Of a stretch of 64,000 nt of DNA, positions 23,021 through 33,494 are shown piece by piece. Origin of the DNA: an uncultured Nitrososphaeraceae archaeon (GTDB taxonomy: Archaea; Thermoproteota; Nitrososphaeria; Nitrososphaerales; Nitrososphaeraceae); contig CAVZZA010000005.1 in NCBI GenBank assembly GCA_963779615.1, positions 384,001 to 448,000 on the forward strand. Direction: 5' to 3'. Below the pieces are notes generated by a model. That model made no database searches, was not told where the DNA came from, and was given only the letters and a program-made list of their open reading frames with translations. The stretch's first letter is position 1. Every line of letters starts with the position of its first letter. Position numbers and translations under genes: made by a program.

Positions 23021-23644
23021 ATGCTTATGAAAAACATATCTTCCCCATTACAGCATATATCAAGGATGCCAATCGCAGTATTTGAGGGTACTAATATCAC
23101 TCTGAAAAACACAATAATTGACCAACTTGTGCAAAAATATCCAGAGAAAATAAAGACGTTTACCTTTCCCACCGCAAAATACCAAGAGCTGTTGTCACCA
23201 GATGTAGCAGGTAATCCAGAAAAACTAGTTTTTAACCACTCGTTAATTGAAAGCGATTTTATAGAAAACAAATCAGAGATCTACAAGGAATCCAGAAAAT
23301 TCCTAGTCATTTTAAATCAGTATTATTTGTCAAACACAGTATATTTTGAATACGCATCAAAAAAACTAGACGAGAGAGTTAAGCAGTATACAAATGTTTT
23401 ACGAAATATAAAGCACATTACCCCTGATCTTTTTATATTGTTATGGACTGTGGAGATAAATGAAAAACAACATAACCTGTTTGATAATGACGAGTTATCC
23501 CAAATTCACGACATTTATTTTAAGGAGGTAAGGGAGCTGAGAGAATTGGGCAAGATAAAGCTGTTTGAGTATATCGAGACACTCAGAGCTGACACATACC
23601 ACAAAGTCGAAAAAATTTTAAAGGAAAAAGGGTTGCTAAAATAA
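23021..23644 (+). CDS. Thymidylate-kinase-fold protein with degenerate P-loop
   Basis: IAVFEGTNITLKNT, ILNQYYLSNTVY and PDLFILL mirror the dTMP kinase VFEGxDGxGKTT, DRY..S.AY and PDL motifs. Confidence 0.55.
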   Translation: MLMKNISSPLQHISRMPIAVFEGTNITLKNTIIDQLVQKYPEKIKTFTFPTAKYQELLSPDVAGNPEKLVFNHSLIESDFIENKSEIYKESRKFLVILNQYYLSNTVYFEYASKKLDERVKQYTNVLRNIKHITPDLFILLWTVEINEKQHNLFDNDELSQIHDIYFKEVRELRELGKIKLFEYIETLRADTYHKVEKILKEKGLLK

Positions 23645-23974
23645 GGTAATTTATGGCATTCCGAAGGTGGATAGCTTAACCAGAGAATCAGGTACCGTTA
23701 CCAATAAGGTATACAGTATACGGTAGAGTTCAAATAATCCCAGACTCTGCTCGTAAAACAACGTTACAACAAACGCAATACAAAACAAAGAATGAAGGAA
23801 AAAAACAAAGCCTCTCCAGGGTTATCCTGTTTTATTTTTTTCAACCCTTTTTTGCCTGGTTTCACATCCATAAAACACTTCTAAATGGATATTCGCTTAT
23901 CCTTAATTTCCGTTAACAACTCATCAGGCATTGAGTAGAACCACAAAACAGCGAAATAGAAAACCCCTCAAATA

Positions 23975-24856
23975 TCAATCATTGTTTAATAGATTTTTCA
24001 CATACGCAATGTTATCGAGATCGTTTCTCACATCATCAATGGGCGTCTCCATTATGAAAGGGATGTGATGCAACTTTTTTGTATTCAGTAAAAATTTAAA
24101 ACCATCTTTGCCAATTTTTCCAACTCCAACATGGTAATGCCTATCAAGGTTTGCTCCCAGGTCGCCTTTTGAATCGTTTAAATGAACTACGTTTAGCCTG
24201 TCAATTCCAATGCTATTTGATATTAGGTCCAACAATTGGGTTACGCCTTTTTCGGATGACAAATCATATCCTGAGGCAAAAGCATGACATGTATCCAAGC
24301 ACAACCCAAAGTTACTGGAATTTAACCTGTCAAAAATTTCAGCTATTTCCTCAACAGAGCTACCGATACTGTTTTTCTGCCCAGAGCTATTTTCCAGCAA
24401 CACCTTCACACCATCTTTAGTTGAGTGCAGATCAGAACAATTGTTCATGGCTGTTTTGCATGCCTTTACCAGTTGAGAGATACCGCTTTTAGAGCCCTTA
24501 CCCAAATGACTGCCCAAATGAACCACAAGAAAAGGGATGTGAAGGAGGCTACAACGTTTCATCTCGTCTTCCAATGCCTTTAGGGATTTCTGGTACATTT
24601 CGCCTTCAGGGGCAGAGAGATTAGGCAAATAGGGCATATGAGCAATCACAGAATCATTGCTTATCGGGCTTTCCCTTAGTTTGTCTATAAAAAGCGTGGC
24701 CTCCCCTAAGGAAATATCCTTTGTTTTCCACTGCCTGGGACTGCGAGTAAAAATCTGAAAAGCCGAACAACCTATACCCAACGCATTGTCTATTGATTTT
24801 GGCAAACCACCACTGATGGAAACATGAACACCCAATTTAATAGCCATTTCAGACAA
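23975..24856 (-). CDS. nfo: Endonuclease IV
   Basis: GVHVSISGG, FQIFTRSPRQW, HMPYLPNL, VHLGSH, LLENSSG, CLDTCHAFASGYD, HLNDSK, DRHYHVG, METP. Confidence 0.96.
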   Translation of the reverse strand: MSEMAIKLGVHVSISGGLPKSIDNALGIGCSAFQIFTRSPRQWKTKDISLGEATLFIDKLRESPISNDSVIAHMPYLPNLSAPEGEMYQKSLKALEDEMKRCSLLHIPFLVVHLGSHLGKGSKSGISQLVKACKTAMNNCSDLHSTKDGVKVLLENSSGQKNSIGSSVEEIAEIFDRLNSSNFGLCLDTCHAFASGYDLSSEKGVTQLLDLISNSIGIDRLNVVHLNDSKGDLGANLDRHYHVGVGKIGKDGFKFLLNTKKLHHIPFIMETPIDDVRNDLDNIAYVKNLLNND

Positions 24857-25725
24857 ATTAATAAGTCGGAAAGTTATAAATTGATGATATAAAAATTACA
24901 AATGAAAACAAAAATAATTAAATAGTATACCATACATACAAAATAATCAAGAGTTATAATAAAGGAATATAATTTTACTTAAAAAAATTCAAAATAAATT
25001 AACATTATTTGTTTTCAAACTGCTTATATCATATGTTTGAATCCTATCAATAGGAATAAAAGATGAACGATGGTGATTTAAACATTATTTGGGTTTGTAC
25101 CCAATGTAATCAGAATTTTCTGTTCTATTCAGATATTCAAGACCATAAATCTGGGACAGGGCATTCAAAGATATACAAGTTTGACTTGTTGTCGGGAAAA
25201 ATGATAGACAGGATTGAGATGAGGTAAAAATGCACCTGGACATGTAACACAAAAATAATGCAGATAATAGTAATGTTTCTTGCAAGGATCACATCTAAAC
25301 ACCCCTCAAGTCAAGTGGTGTTCAATTAATTCGTAATAGTGCTGTGTGTTCCCGCATAGGATGACGTTATAATGTGAATCAATCAATGCTTCACGTGCAA
25401 AATTGTTTGGTGTTCTTAACAAATGTATCATAGTTTTCCCGTTCATTGCGAAGTGGTTGTTTTTTGCAGTCTTTCCTTATTTCTTACACCCGTATGTTGG
25501 TTAGCCTTGTTTTAATAACAATACAAAAAATGCCAATGCTGAAACAGGGCAACAGGCACAAAATATAGGGATCCCGTTCCTTAAATTCCACGAAAGTGGG
25601 TTTGTTTGCTTTTAAACCGGTTGGAAAAATAAAATTTGTGATCGGAATCCCCGGTTCGATTAAAATGCAAAATAAAAATTAATATATGATAGACATAAAG
25701 AAGTCGATTAGTCGGTCAACGACAT

Positions 25726-25826
25726 GCCGGGGTCGCCTAGCCTGGTAGGGCGCAAGCCTGGAATTAAAAGCAACATAAAGCTTGTGGCCCGTGAGGGCCT
25801 CGAGGGTTCGAATCCCTCTCCCGGCG
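25726..25826 (+). tRNA. tRNA-Ser(GGA) with 15-nt intron (25764-25778) at position 37/38
   Basis: Acceptor GCCGGGG/TCCCGGC, discriminator G, anticodon stem CAAGC/GCTTG with CT-GGA-A, long variable arm GGCCCGTGAGGGCC, T-arm GAGGG-TTCGAAT-CCCTC. Confidence 0.93.
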
Positions 25827-25828
25827 CT

Positions 25829-26270
25829 GATTTTCTTTTTTAATAACAATATTACTGGTTTTAGTAGGTTTTGGAGGCATGAACAGGATACTTGGGAGAT
25901 GTGCTTCGAACCCTCGAGGCCCTCACGGGCCACAAGCTTTTGTTGGTCGGGCATGTGATTATCGCCCTCAAAATCGGGAATTGTGGCAACTGTGAACCTT
26001 TTTCTTACCGATTTTGGTAAGATCGATTAAGGATTTTTCATGGTTGACCTTACTGAATTTGGTAAGATTTTTCTGTCCCTCATTGTTTATTTTACTGCTG
26101 ATTATAGCAAGATCGGAGTCAGGAAACAACTTTAGCAACAATGGCAGCTCTTTTTCCAAGAGAATGGAAAGTTTCCTTTTGATAACGGACTTTAGTTTGT
26201 ATTCATAGGATTTTGCAATGTCCTTTTGGCCTTGGAGAAACTGGATTTCGGACCTGGAGAGAAGTGACAT
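25829..26270 (-). pseudogene. N-terminal half (intN) of an SSV-type split integrase
   Basis: ORF 25968-26270 points toward att; the same frame resumes after stops as MPPKPTKTSNIVIKKENQRRERDS across the att core, the frame that enters the integrase at 38305. Confidence 0.7.
25905..25940 (-). repeat. Perfect 36-bp inverted copy of tRNA-Ser 25777-25812
   Basis: ttcgaaccctcgaggccctcacgggccacaagcttt is the exact reverse complement of aaagcttgtggcccgtgagggcctcgagggttcgaa. Confidence 0.98.
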
Positions 26271-26610
26271 ATTCTAGAAAGATAGACAACAAAAAGCATT
26301 AAAAAGTTTAAGAAATAATCTGATTTTTAAATTGTCTTCCTTGCTGGAATTTACTTCTTTCCAATACACAGTAAAAAATGGATTAAATCACATATTTGCA
26401 AATGCAAACAAATCGCTTTCGAAATAGATTTATTTTTATTATTGATTAGGCATAGGGAGTAGAGGCAGTAATCGAATGTCTCTAATGTTTCTTAATACAA
26501 CTAACATAGAATTAGACTCCATGAGGTTAATAGGCCTTTTTTTTATAGCTAAATAAATTCTAAATGAAGGTTAATTTTGTATTAAAAAAGAGTTCTAGCG
26601 TCAATGGGAT

Positions 26611-26714
26611 CTATCTGACCTGTCTGACTACCATGGATTCAATATTTTTTAATTTTCTTTTACACTTGTTTTTTTATTGTTGGATATGTCATATGTGTCA
26701 GATATGTCAGATAG
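26611..26714. repeat. 18-bp imperfect inverted repeat around a T-rich spacer
   Basis: ctatctgacctgtctgac (26611-26628) vs gtcagatatgtcagatag (26697-26714), 16/18 complementary. Confidence 0.8.
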
Positions 26715-26718
26715 AGGC

Positions 26719-26946
26719 CTACATGTAGATTGCATAGCCTACCAGCTGGATTATGAATCCTGTAATCAGCAGCATTGCGCCCAGTCTAGCCAACTGTGTT
26801 TCTAGTTTCCTATGCCTTATTTCATGCTCACTGTATTTTGACATTTGCTCGATTGTTTCTGTTGACCTAAAAATCTTGCCGTAATACATAAGGAATGCCG
26901 CAATCACGTCGATAACCAATCCAGCCATTATTACAATGAATAACAC
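26719..26946 (-). CDS. Small two-TM membrane protein
   Basis: 75 aa, two hydrophobic helices joined by a charged linker. Confidence 0.6.
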   Translation of the reverse strand: MLFIVIMAGLVIDVIAAFLMYYGKIFRSTETIEQMSKYSEHEIRHRKLETQLARLGAMLLITGFIIQLVGYAIYM

Positions 26947-27036
26947 CGTGCAAAATACTTGAAGAGAATATAAATACCAATTTGCCGATTTCTGAAGTCA
27001 TTTCGCATAGCTGGATGCCAGAACAACAGCAATTAC

Positions 27037-27460
27037 ATGGACAAAACATTGGACCATATGGGGAAAGAGAGAAAGAGAGAGGACAGCAATGAAAGACGCA
27101 GACAGGTTACACTTCACTCATTCAGGAGATTTGTGAAAACCACCATTTCTGATATTGGGTATGCAGACTATTCGGAGTATTTCATTGGGCATTTCGGCTC
27201 CACGTATTGGAGAAAAAAGGAATCAGAAAATGCCGAATTATTCAGGGAAATAGAGCCTTATCTCACGTTTTTAAACATACCCCAATTGGAAAGACAGGGT
27301 GCCTGATATCCTGAGCAAGGTAACTGAGTTGGAGGAGGTGAACCAGTCCCTGAGAGAGCGGGACAAAAGCAAGGACGACGCCATAGCAATGATCTCAGAC
27401 CAGCTTTTAACAGTAACAGAGAGACTGAATGAACTGGAAAGGAAGCAACAATTCGGATAA
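27037..27460 (+). pseudogene. XerC-type tyrosine recombinase C-terminal fragment
   Basis: TLHSFRRFVKT (HxxR), YFIGH..STYW (H, Y); coiled-coil tail continues after a frameshift near 27303; N-terminus absent. Confidence 0.8.
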
Positions 27461-27782
27461 AATAAAAAATCCTGTTATGCTGTTTTCTTTGTTAAATCAA
27501 GCATTATAGGCTTTATACCCGTATAATTATTTCCCTGTTTTTTATCTATCATTGTATCATTTGTTTCATTATATGCTAGTTATCGTAGTATCTTTTGTTG
27601 CTATTGATAGTCATGTATGAAAAACATTGATAAATCATATTGTAAAGATCTGATAAACATTCTCCATAAATTTATAGTATAAAGATTATGCTTACTTTTT
27701 CTGGTTAACAGACTCCAATAAAATGTCAGGTAACAACAGTCCTACTTCTAATTATACCAAAAAATGTATGTGAGTTTTAACT

Positions 27783-28384
27783 ATGAACAACACAAAAAAC
27801 ATTTTGCTTATGGCAGCGATAACGTCATTACTAATAATGGGAACAAGCATAGTCCCAATGCAGTCATATGCAGACAGGGACAATGACAACGACAAAAAAA
27901 CCAATGACTTTAAACCCTCAATAAGCGCAAGCTATGAATCAGACAAAAAAAGCGCAAGCCAACACCAGGACCAGGACAACTTCTGCTACAGGGGCGACAA
28001 CGAATGTGAACAAGCCAACCAAGGACAACAGATAGCCGGCAAGGACAATGAAGTAACCGGGTTCACTGACCAAAGCGAGAATATCCAGCAGTCATTAATC
28101 CCAATACAACCTGGAACAGGAACAGGAAATGGGACAACGCCAACGCCAACGCCAAAAACCTGTGTAGAATGCATTACAACTCTTCTTACAACACCAGAGA
28201 TAAATGAAGCCAAGAGAATTCTTTTTGTACAGGTTCACATACAGATGAACAATTATGTAATTTATTGGGCTCCTTATCCGCAGGGGAAGTTATAAACCTT
28301 TTAGAGGGATCAGGAGTTGACCCAACAATAGTTACTAAAGTGATAGAGTGCTTAAGATCTGTCGGAACAATATCTGGACCATAA
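27783..28384 (+). CDS. Secreted Q/N-rich protein with Cys-containing helical C-terminus (frameshift near 28225)
   Basis: Signal peptide ending QSYA; SQHQDQDNFCYRGDNECEQAN core; alternative frame gives DEQLCNLL...IECLRSVG to TAA at 28384; paralog at 44964. Confidence 0.7.
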
Positions 28385-28560
28385 CCATATTACTATCCAT
28401 TGACAAAAAGAATCGCCAAATAGCGACAAAAAGACACCTAAAACCATACAAACCTGACCATTCAATAGGATAGGCAGGCAACACTCCTCCTTTTTATTTT
28501 TATCAAGGTTCTTCTTATGCATGAAAAAGAATTTGTTTTTACTATGGATTTTAGAATTGC

Positions 28561-29397
28561 CTAATCGTCAAATAGTTCCTTTAGTCTTTTAATGCTTTCC
28601 AAATGGTCTTCAGAAATTCCATTATCGTATTTATAGTTCAATTGGGCTTGCATTGTTTCAGTAACTTTATCATCTACCTGCTTGTGTTTACTGGGTGATT
28701 CGAAGTTATTATCTTCAAGTGAATTATCTTCTTTTGCATTGTCTTTGATACCATTAAAATCAAAAGGATTATTAGAGTTTTCAGGTTTGTCAATACTTTG
28801 TCTTTCGACTGGGTTCCTATCAGTGTCTCGATCATTCTTATTTGGGTCTGTTCCCTTTGAGTGTAAAGAATCGGCATAACTTGAATCAAGCATGTCCTTA
28901 TCATAGAATTTTGATAAATTAGTTACAAAGGGCAAATCTTTTATCAAAAGGGTGTATGTCTTTGAAAGGCTGTGGAGTTCTTTTGTTGCGAGAATCTTTG
29001 TTTCTTTTGTTGTGTTTGTGTCCATCATTATTTTCCACATCTCCTTTTTTAGGTGCTCTATCTCGTCTATGCATTTTCTGTATGCCCCAACATATGCAAA
29101 ATGGTCCTTGGCCATATGATAATACCATTCCCTGTTTTCCTGCTCCTCTGCCTTCTTTAGGTATTCCATACAGGACCACTCTATCCATATCTTGGTCTTG
29201 GAGGCTATATACTGTTGTATACCCTTTAGGGTAAAGCCCTTTATGATTGCCTCCTTGTAGTTAAGCCTTACCAATTCTTTTTCTGTTCTTCTTAGTTGCT
29301 TCAATGACTTTACTCTCTTTAGTATTATTATCCTGTTGCCAAATATGTCTTCGTCTATTTCATTATAATGTTTAGAATTTTTTTCTGAAAATGCCAA
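28561..29397 (-). CDS. Hypothetical helical protein of the integrated element
   Basis: 278 aa intact ORF; its C-terminus EDHLESIKRLKELFDD recurs as a remnant near 45700-45760. Confidence 0.7.
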   Translation of the reverse strand: MAFSEKNSKHYNEIDEDIFGNRIIILKRVKSLKQLRRTEKELVRLNYKEAIIKGFTLKGIQQYIASKTKIWIEWSCMEYLKKAEEQENREWYYHMAKDHFAYVGAYRKCIDEIEHLKKEMWKIMMDTNTTKETKILATKELHSLSKTYTLLIKDLPFVTNLSKFYDKDMLDSSYADSLHSKGTDPNKNDRDTDRNPVERQSIDKPENSNNPFDFNGIKDNAKEDNSLEDNNFESPSKHKQVDDKVTETMQAQLNYKYDNGISEDHLESIKRLKELFDD

Positions 29398-29587
29398 GAT
29401 TATATTTATAAATATGTTGCAATAGAATATAGCCTTTTTGATTATTGCAATTATTTTTTATAACATGGTTAATATTATGTTACCATAGCAAATATCTTTT
29501 ATCTTTGGTTTAGTTACGAAGTATGAATTTTACCTTTTGGAATTTTTCCATATGATCACAACAATGCAAAAAGAGGATAGGATATAT

Positions 29588-29956
29588 TCATTTTATTTTT
29601 TGAAAATAATAAAATGAGTTCACACCACTGGCAAATGAAGATTCTTTGCCTTCGTCAATAGCCATCAGGCTATATCCTTCTTTTGTCAGGTCCTCAAATG
29701 CTATAATAAATTCAACCTGAGTTCCATATTTTCTTTGAAGAATTGCTATATACTCACTTTTGAACTGTATGACTCCGTCTTTGTCCCAATACTGCTTATA
29801 TGATCCAACTCTTTTTAGTAAAGCAGAATACCGATCTTTTTTAATTTGGTTAGAATCCTCATTATTGTTTTGCAGTTTATTGGTGGAACTGCCACAAAAA
29901 GAACAGAATTTTAAATTTTCAGCTATTTCCTTACCGCAAGTGGCACAAAAAGCCAT
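29588..29956 (-). CDS. Zinc-ribbon domain protein
   Basis: MAFCATCG-x8-FCSFCG N-terminus. Confidence 0.75.
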   Translation of the reverse strand: MAFCATCGKEIAENLKFCSFCGSSTNKLQNNNEDSNQIKKDRYSALLKRVGSYKQYWDKDGVIQFKSEYIAILQRKYGTQVEFIIAFEDLTKEGYSLMAIDEGKESSFASGVNSFYYFQKIK

Positions 29957-30822
29957 ATAGAACCGATATATTACAAATATAAAAATTCAACGATAAATTG
30001 ATTAATTCACCTATCGATACTAGTCACCCAAGTTATACGTTAGAGTAAAATGAATTTAAAACAGTTTAAAAGCACTCTTGCAAAACAATTCAAATCAATT
30101 AATAGATTTCTATATGTTGAATTTAGAAGAATCTATAGTTAGCAGGCAAATTCTCCATTAAAGAAATGGAGTTAAAGAGAAGATATAGAGAAATCAACCC
30201 TCCATGTTTCCTTTAGGTTATAAAATAAAGAAAAAATATTTGGTTAAGAATGCATATGTCTTCATTTACCGGATAGTATTGTCATTTATCAAGAAATGGA
30301 GAAAATTTACTCAGGCCAGCTCTTGCGGGTATTGTAATTATAATTATTTCTACTTTTTTCTTTGCAGCACAGAGCAACCCAAAACTTAAACCTTATTGGC
30401 CCTCTAATTTTTTGAATCCAGATACCTCAACAATTGTCAAATATGCGATACAAATAACATGAAGAATCACACTTGGAAGGTCAAAAATATGATTGAGAAT
30501 GATTATAAAAAAGAACGTTTGAGTTAATAAAGAATGGTAATTATAAAACAGTGTCTTTATTTGATACTTCTTAATTGTATTGGATAATCAATTGAATTTT
30601 GGATTTTATTTACATTTTTTAGTTGCTTTAGTTGCGTTTTAAAAAACCTTTGCGTTATTTGATTCTTCGGTTATGCTATTCTCTTCAAAATTTATTTCGT
30701 ATGGTTTTTTAACCAAAGTATGTTTGGTTGAATTGTTAAAACTCATTGCTTTTATTTTATAAATATTTGGAATTTTGTAAGGTGACTTCTTATATGCATT
30801 TATACAAAGTATTGTAACATAA

Positions 30823-32034
30823 ATGAGTAATTTAATTTACAAATGCAGTTTCTTTAACTTTAATATAACTGTGTTTGTTCTAATTGTTTTTTCAATATTG
30901 GCGATTGCTAATCCACTCCATTTCCCTAATGCATTGGCTCAATACCCATTAATCGATGTTTTGAATTTGATTAGTAAGGGTCATGACCTATATTATTTAA
31001 GTAATTATACTGAAGCCATAAAATCCTTTGACAAAGCCTTGCAACTAGATTCCTACTAATACAGATGCTTTGATTATGAAAGTTTACACTCTGGGTGATC
31101 AAGGGCAATTACTCTGAAGCCACAAAACTTTTAGATAAAGTGTTGAGTATTGATTCTGGTAATGAAGATGCATTATCCATAAAAGAATTAGCCATGTATA
31201 GTTTAGATGGTCATAATGAATCAATAGGATCTTATGATAAAATATTGGCTGTAGATCCTAATGATAGGGATGCTTTGTATGATAAAGGTATTGAGTTAAG
31301 AAGTTTTGGCAACTACACTGGAGCTTATAGAATACTTGGATAGAGTATTGGCTTTTGACCCAACAAATCCACAGGTCTTGAATAACAAAGGCGACACTCT
31401 AAATAAGTTGGGCAACCTCACAGGGGACTGATAAAATATTATGACAAAGTCTTAAAGATATACCCGAAAGAAGATAGAGCCTTGATTAGCAAAGGTGACG
31501 CCCTATATAATTTGGGCAACTACACTGGAGCAATAGAATGCTATGACAAAGCATTGTTGCAGGGCAAATCCTAAGAATAGAGAGGCTTCAGAACACAAAG
31601 CCTATGTCTTGTCTGTCATGGGTAACCAAACTGGATCGATAAAATCCTATGATAGAATCTTGAGTCTTTATCCAAATTATACAGATGCTTTGAAAAACAA
31701 AGGCCTTGGTCTATTAAACCTGCATAATTATACTGAAGCCATAAAATCCTTTGACAAAGCCTTGTTGGCAGATCCAGAGGATACTAGTGCCTTAAAACCC
31801 AAAGCATATGCATTATTTGCCATGGGCAACTACACTGGAGCTATAGAATACTATGACAAAACATTGGACATAAACCCCAAAGATACCATAACCTTGATTA
31901 GCAAAGGTGACGCCCTATCAAAGTTAGGCGTTTATGATGGATCTATTGCATACTATGACAAAGCCCTGACTATAGATCCTGAAAATCCGGTTGCGTTGAA
32001 GTTCAAAGGCGAAGCATTGAAAATGCTAAAATAG
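30823..32034 (+). pseudogene. Secreted TPR-repeat protein, fragmented
   Basis: Signal peptide then repeated NYTEAI..FDKAL..DP units over ORFs 30823-31059, 31095-31343 and 31543-32034, broken by frameshifts. Confidence 0.85.
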
Positions 32035-32342
32035 GATTGAAAATGATAAATTCTGGTTTTTCGGTAGGAAAATATCATAATGCAATTTATACAGTAATTC
32101 ACTATTTTGATACTGCAAACATTTTCACAACTTTAACACAGTCGGCTGCCATGACGAATAGTTATAGAAGAATGTTATATAACCATTGTCAAACGCAACT
32201 AGTTGCGAATTGAAAGTTACTCATTTTATTGAATATGCAAATGTTTAACAAATCTAATGTGTGAAAGGCACGTTAGAATCCATATTAATTTTTAACATTG
32301 ATTTTTGACGGTTGTTTTTAAACTGTCAGTATAAAAAAAGTT

Positions 32343-33454
32343 TTACTTTGATATATAATTATAAATCTCAGGAATCTCCTTTTTCAGTTTATCTTTGCCT
32401 ATAGGCAAGAAACCTTTATCGTTTCGCAGATTTTCTTTTATTTTTTGATATGGGTTAAAATCCAGTTTTTTACAAATATCACATTCATAAAGCCATTTTA
32501 GCAGTATCAAAGTAATTTCTTCATTATTCAATTTTTTGATATTTTTTAGATATGGTATTAATATCCTCCACAAACAAAACTTTCTATGATCTTTCAAAGG
32601 AGTTTTCAGCAGCTTTCTATCCAATCAATTCTGCTCTTTGTTTGGCCATGGCAATAAGAATAATTATTCGTTTTTGCTCTTTCTTCCTCCTCTATTTTTT
32701 TTGATAACAAATACGCATAGAAACTGCCAATCAGGTTGAGCATAGTGGTCCTGTTTCCACTCCATTTTTGCAATGCTTTGACTTGGGATTTTTCTGGACT
32801 TAACCCTTTGGCAAGACATTTTGAATTAAAAGAGCCAGGAACCCTTGCAAGGCAGGACTTTAATGAGGGGTTATTGCACTTGTCAGCATAGCCACTAGAC
32901 AAAAATTCCTTTGTGAACCTCAAAAACCTGTTGCTTGGGTTTTCAACAAAGTTAAAATCCTGTATGTTTTCCAATCTTAAACTGTCAATTGGCTGGTATA
33001 CATGATATCCATTACCGGTATGCAAAACAGTTGGGTTTGAGCAATCGAGTTTTTCCTTAATGTTTTTTAGTGTTTTGTCTAATGCTGTTTCTGCATTCAC
33101 ATAATCATTTTTATCAATATCTATGAAAATGAAGTCCGGCAGTGGATTATCAATTGAAGGAAATGCGTTTATCTTGCAATCTATATAATTGGCTTTTTTA
33201 AATTCCGATATTATGTCTTCTAAGTTATAAACATTGATCTGTTTTCCTTTTGTTCTAAAAGTGGATATAGTTCTGGGAAATAACGGGGTCTGAAAGTGAC
33301 CCAAAATGAATTTAGTGTTTTCAGCAATGCCTTGAAAGTAGTGGCAAGGGTTGTTTTTTCTTACAGCAGTAGTAGCAGCATTAGCAGCAAGATACTGATC
33401 AAAAGTTGCTGAAAGAAATTTTCCCCCTACTATTATATTTTTTAAATCTCCCAT
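32343..33454 (-). CDS. AEP primase fused to a PriX-like domain (frameshift near 32615)
   Basis: FIDID (motif I), HTGNGYHVY (motif II), GYAD..NNPS.KSCLARVPGSFN; ATA GAA AGC lacks one A to join WIEKLLKTPLKDHRKFCLWRILIPYL (PriX-like). Confidence 0.8.
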
Positions 33455-33494
33455 TTCTTTCCCTTAGGTTTTAAGTTGTATTTCTCCAAGTCTA

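Noticed and set aside
25679-25954. 91-aa minus-strand ORF across tRNA-Ser
   Set aside because: Mostly antisense to the tRNA; only its start reflects the intN remnant
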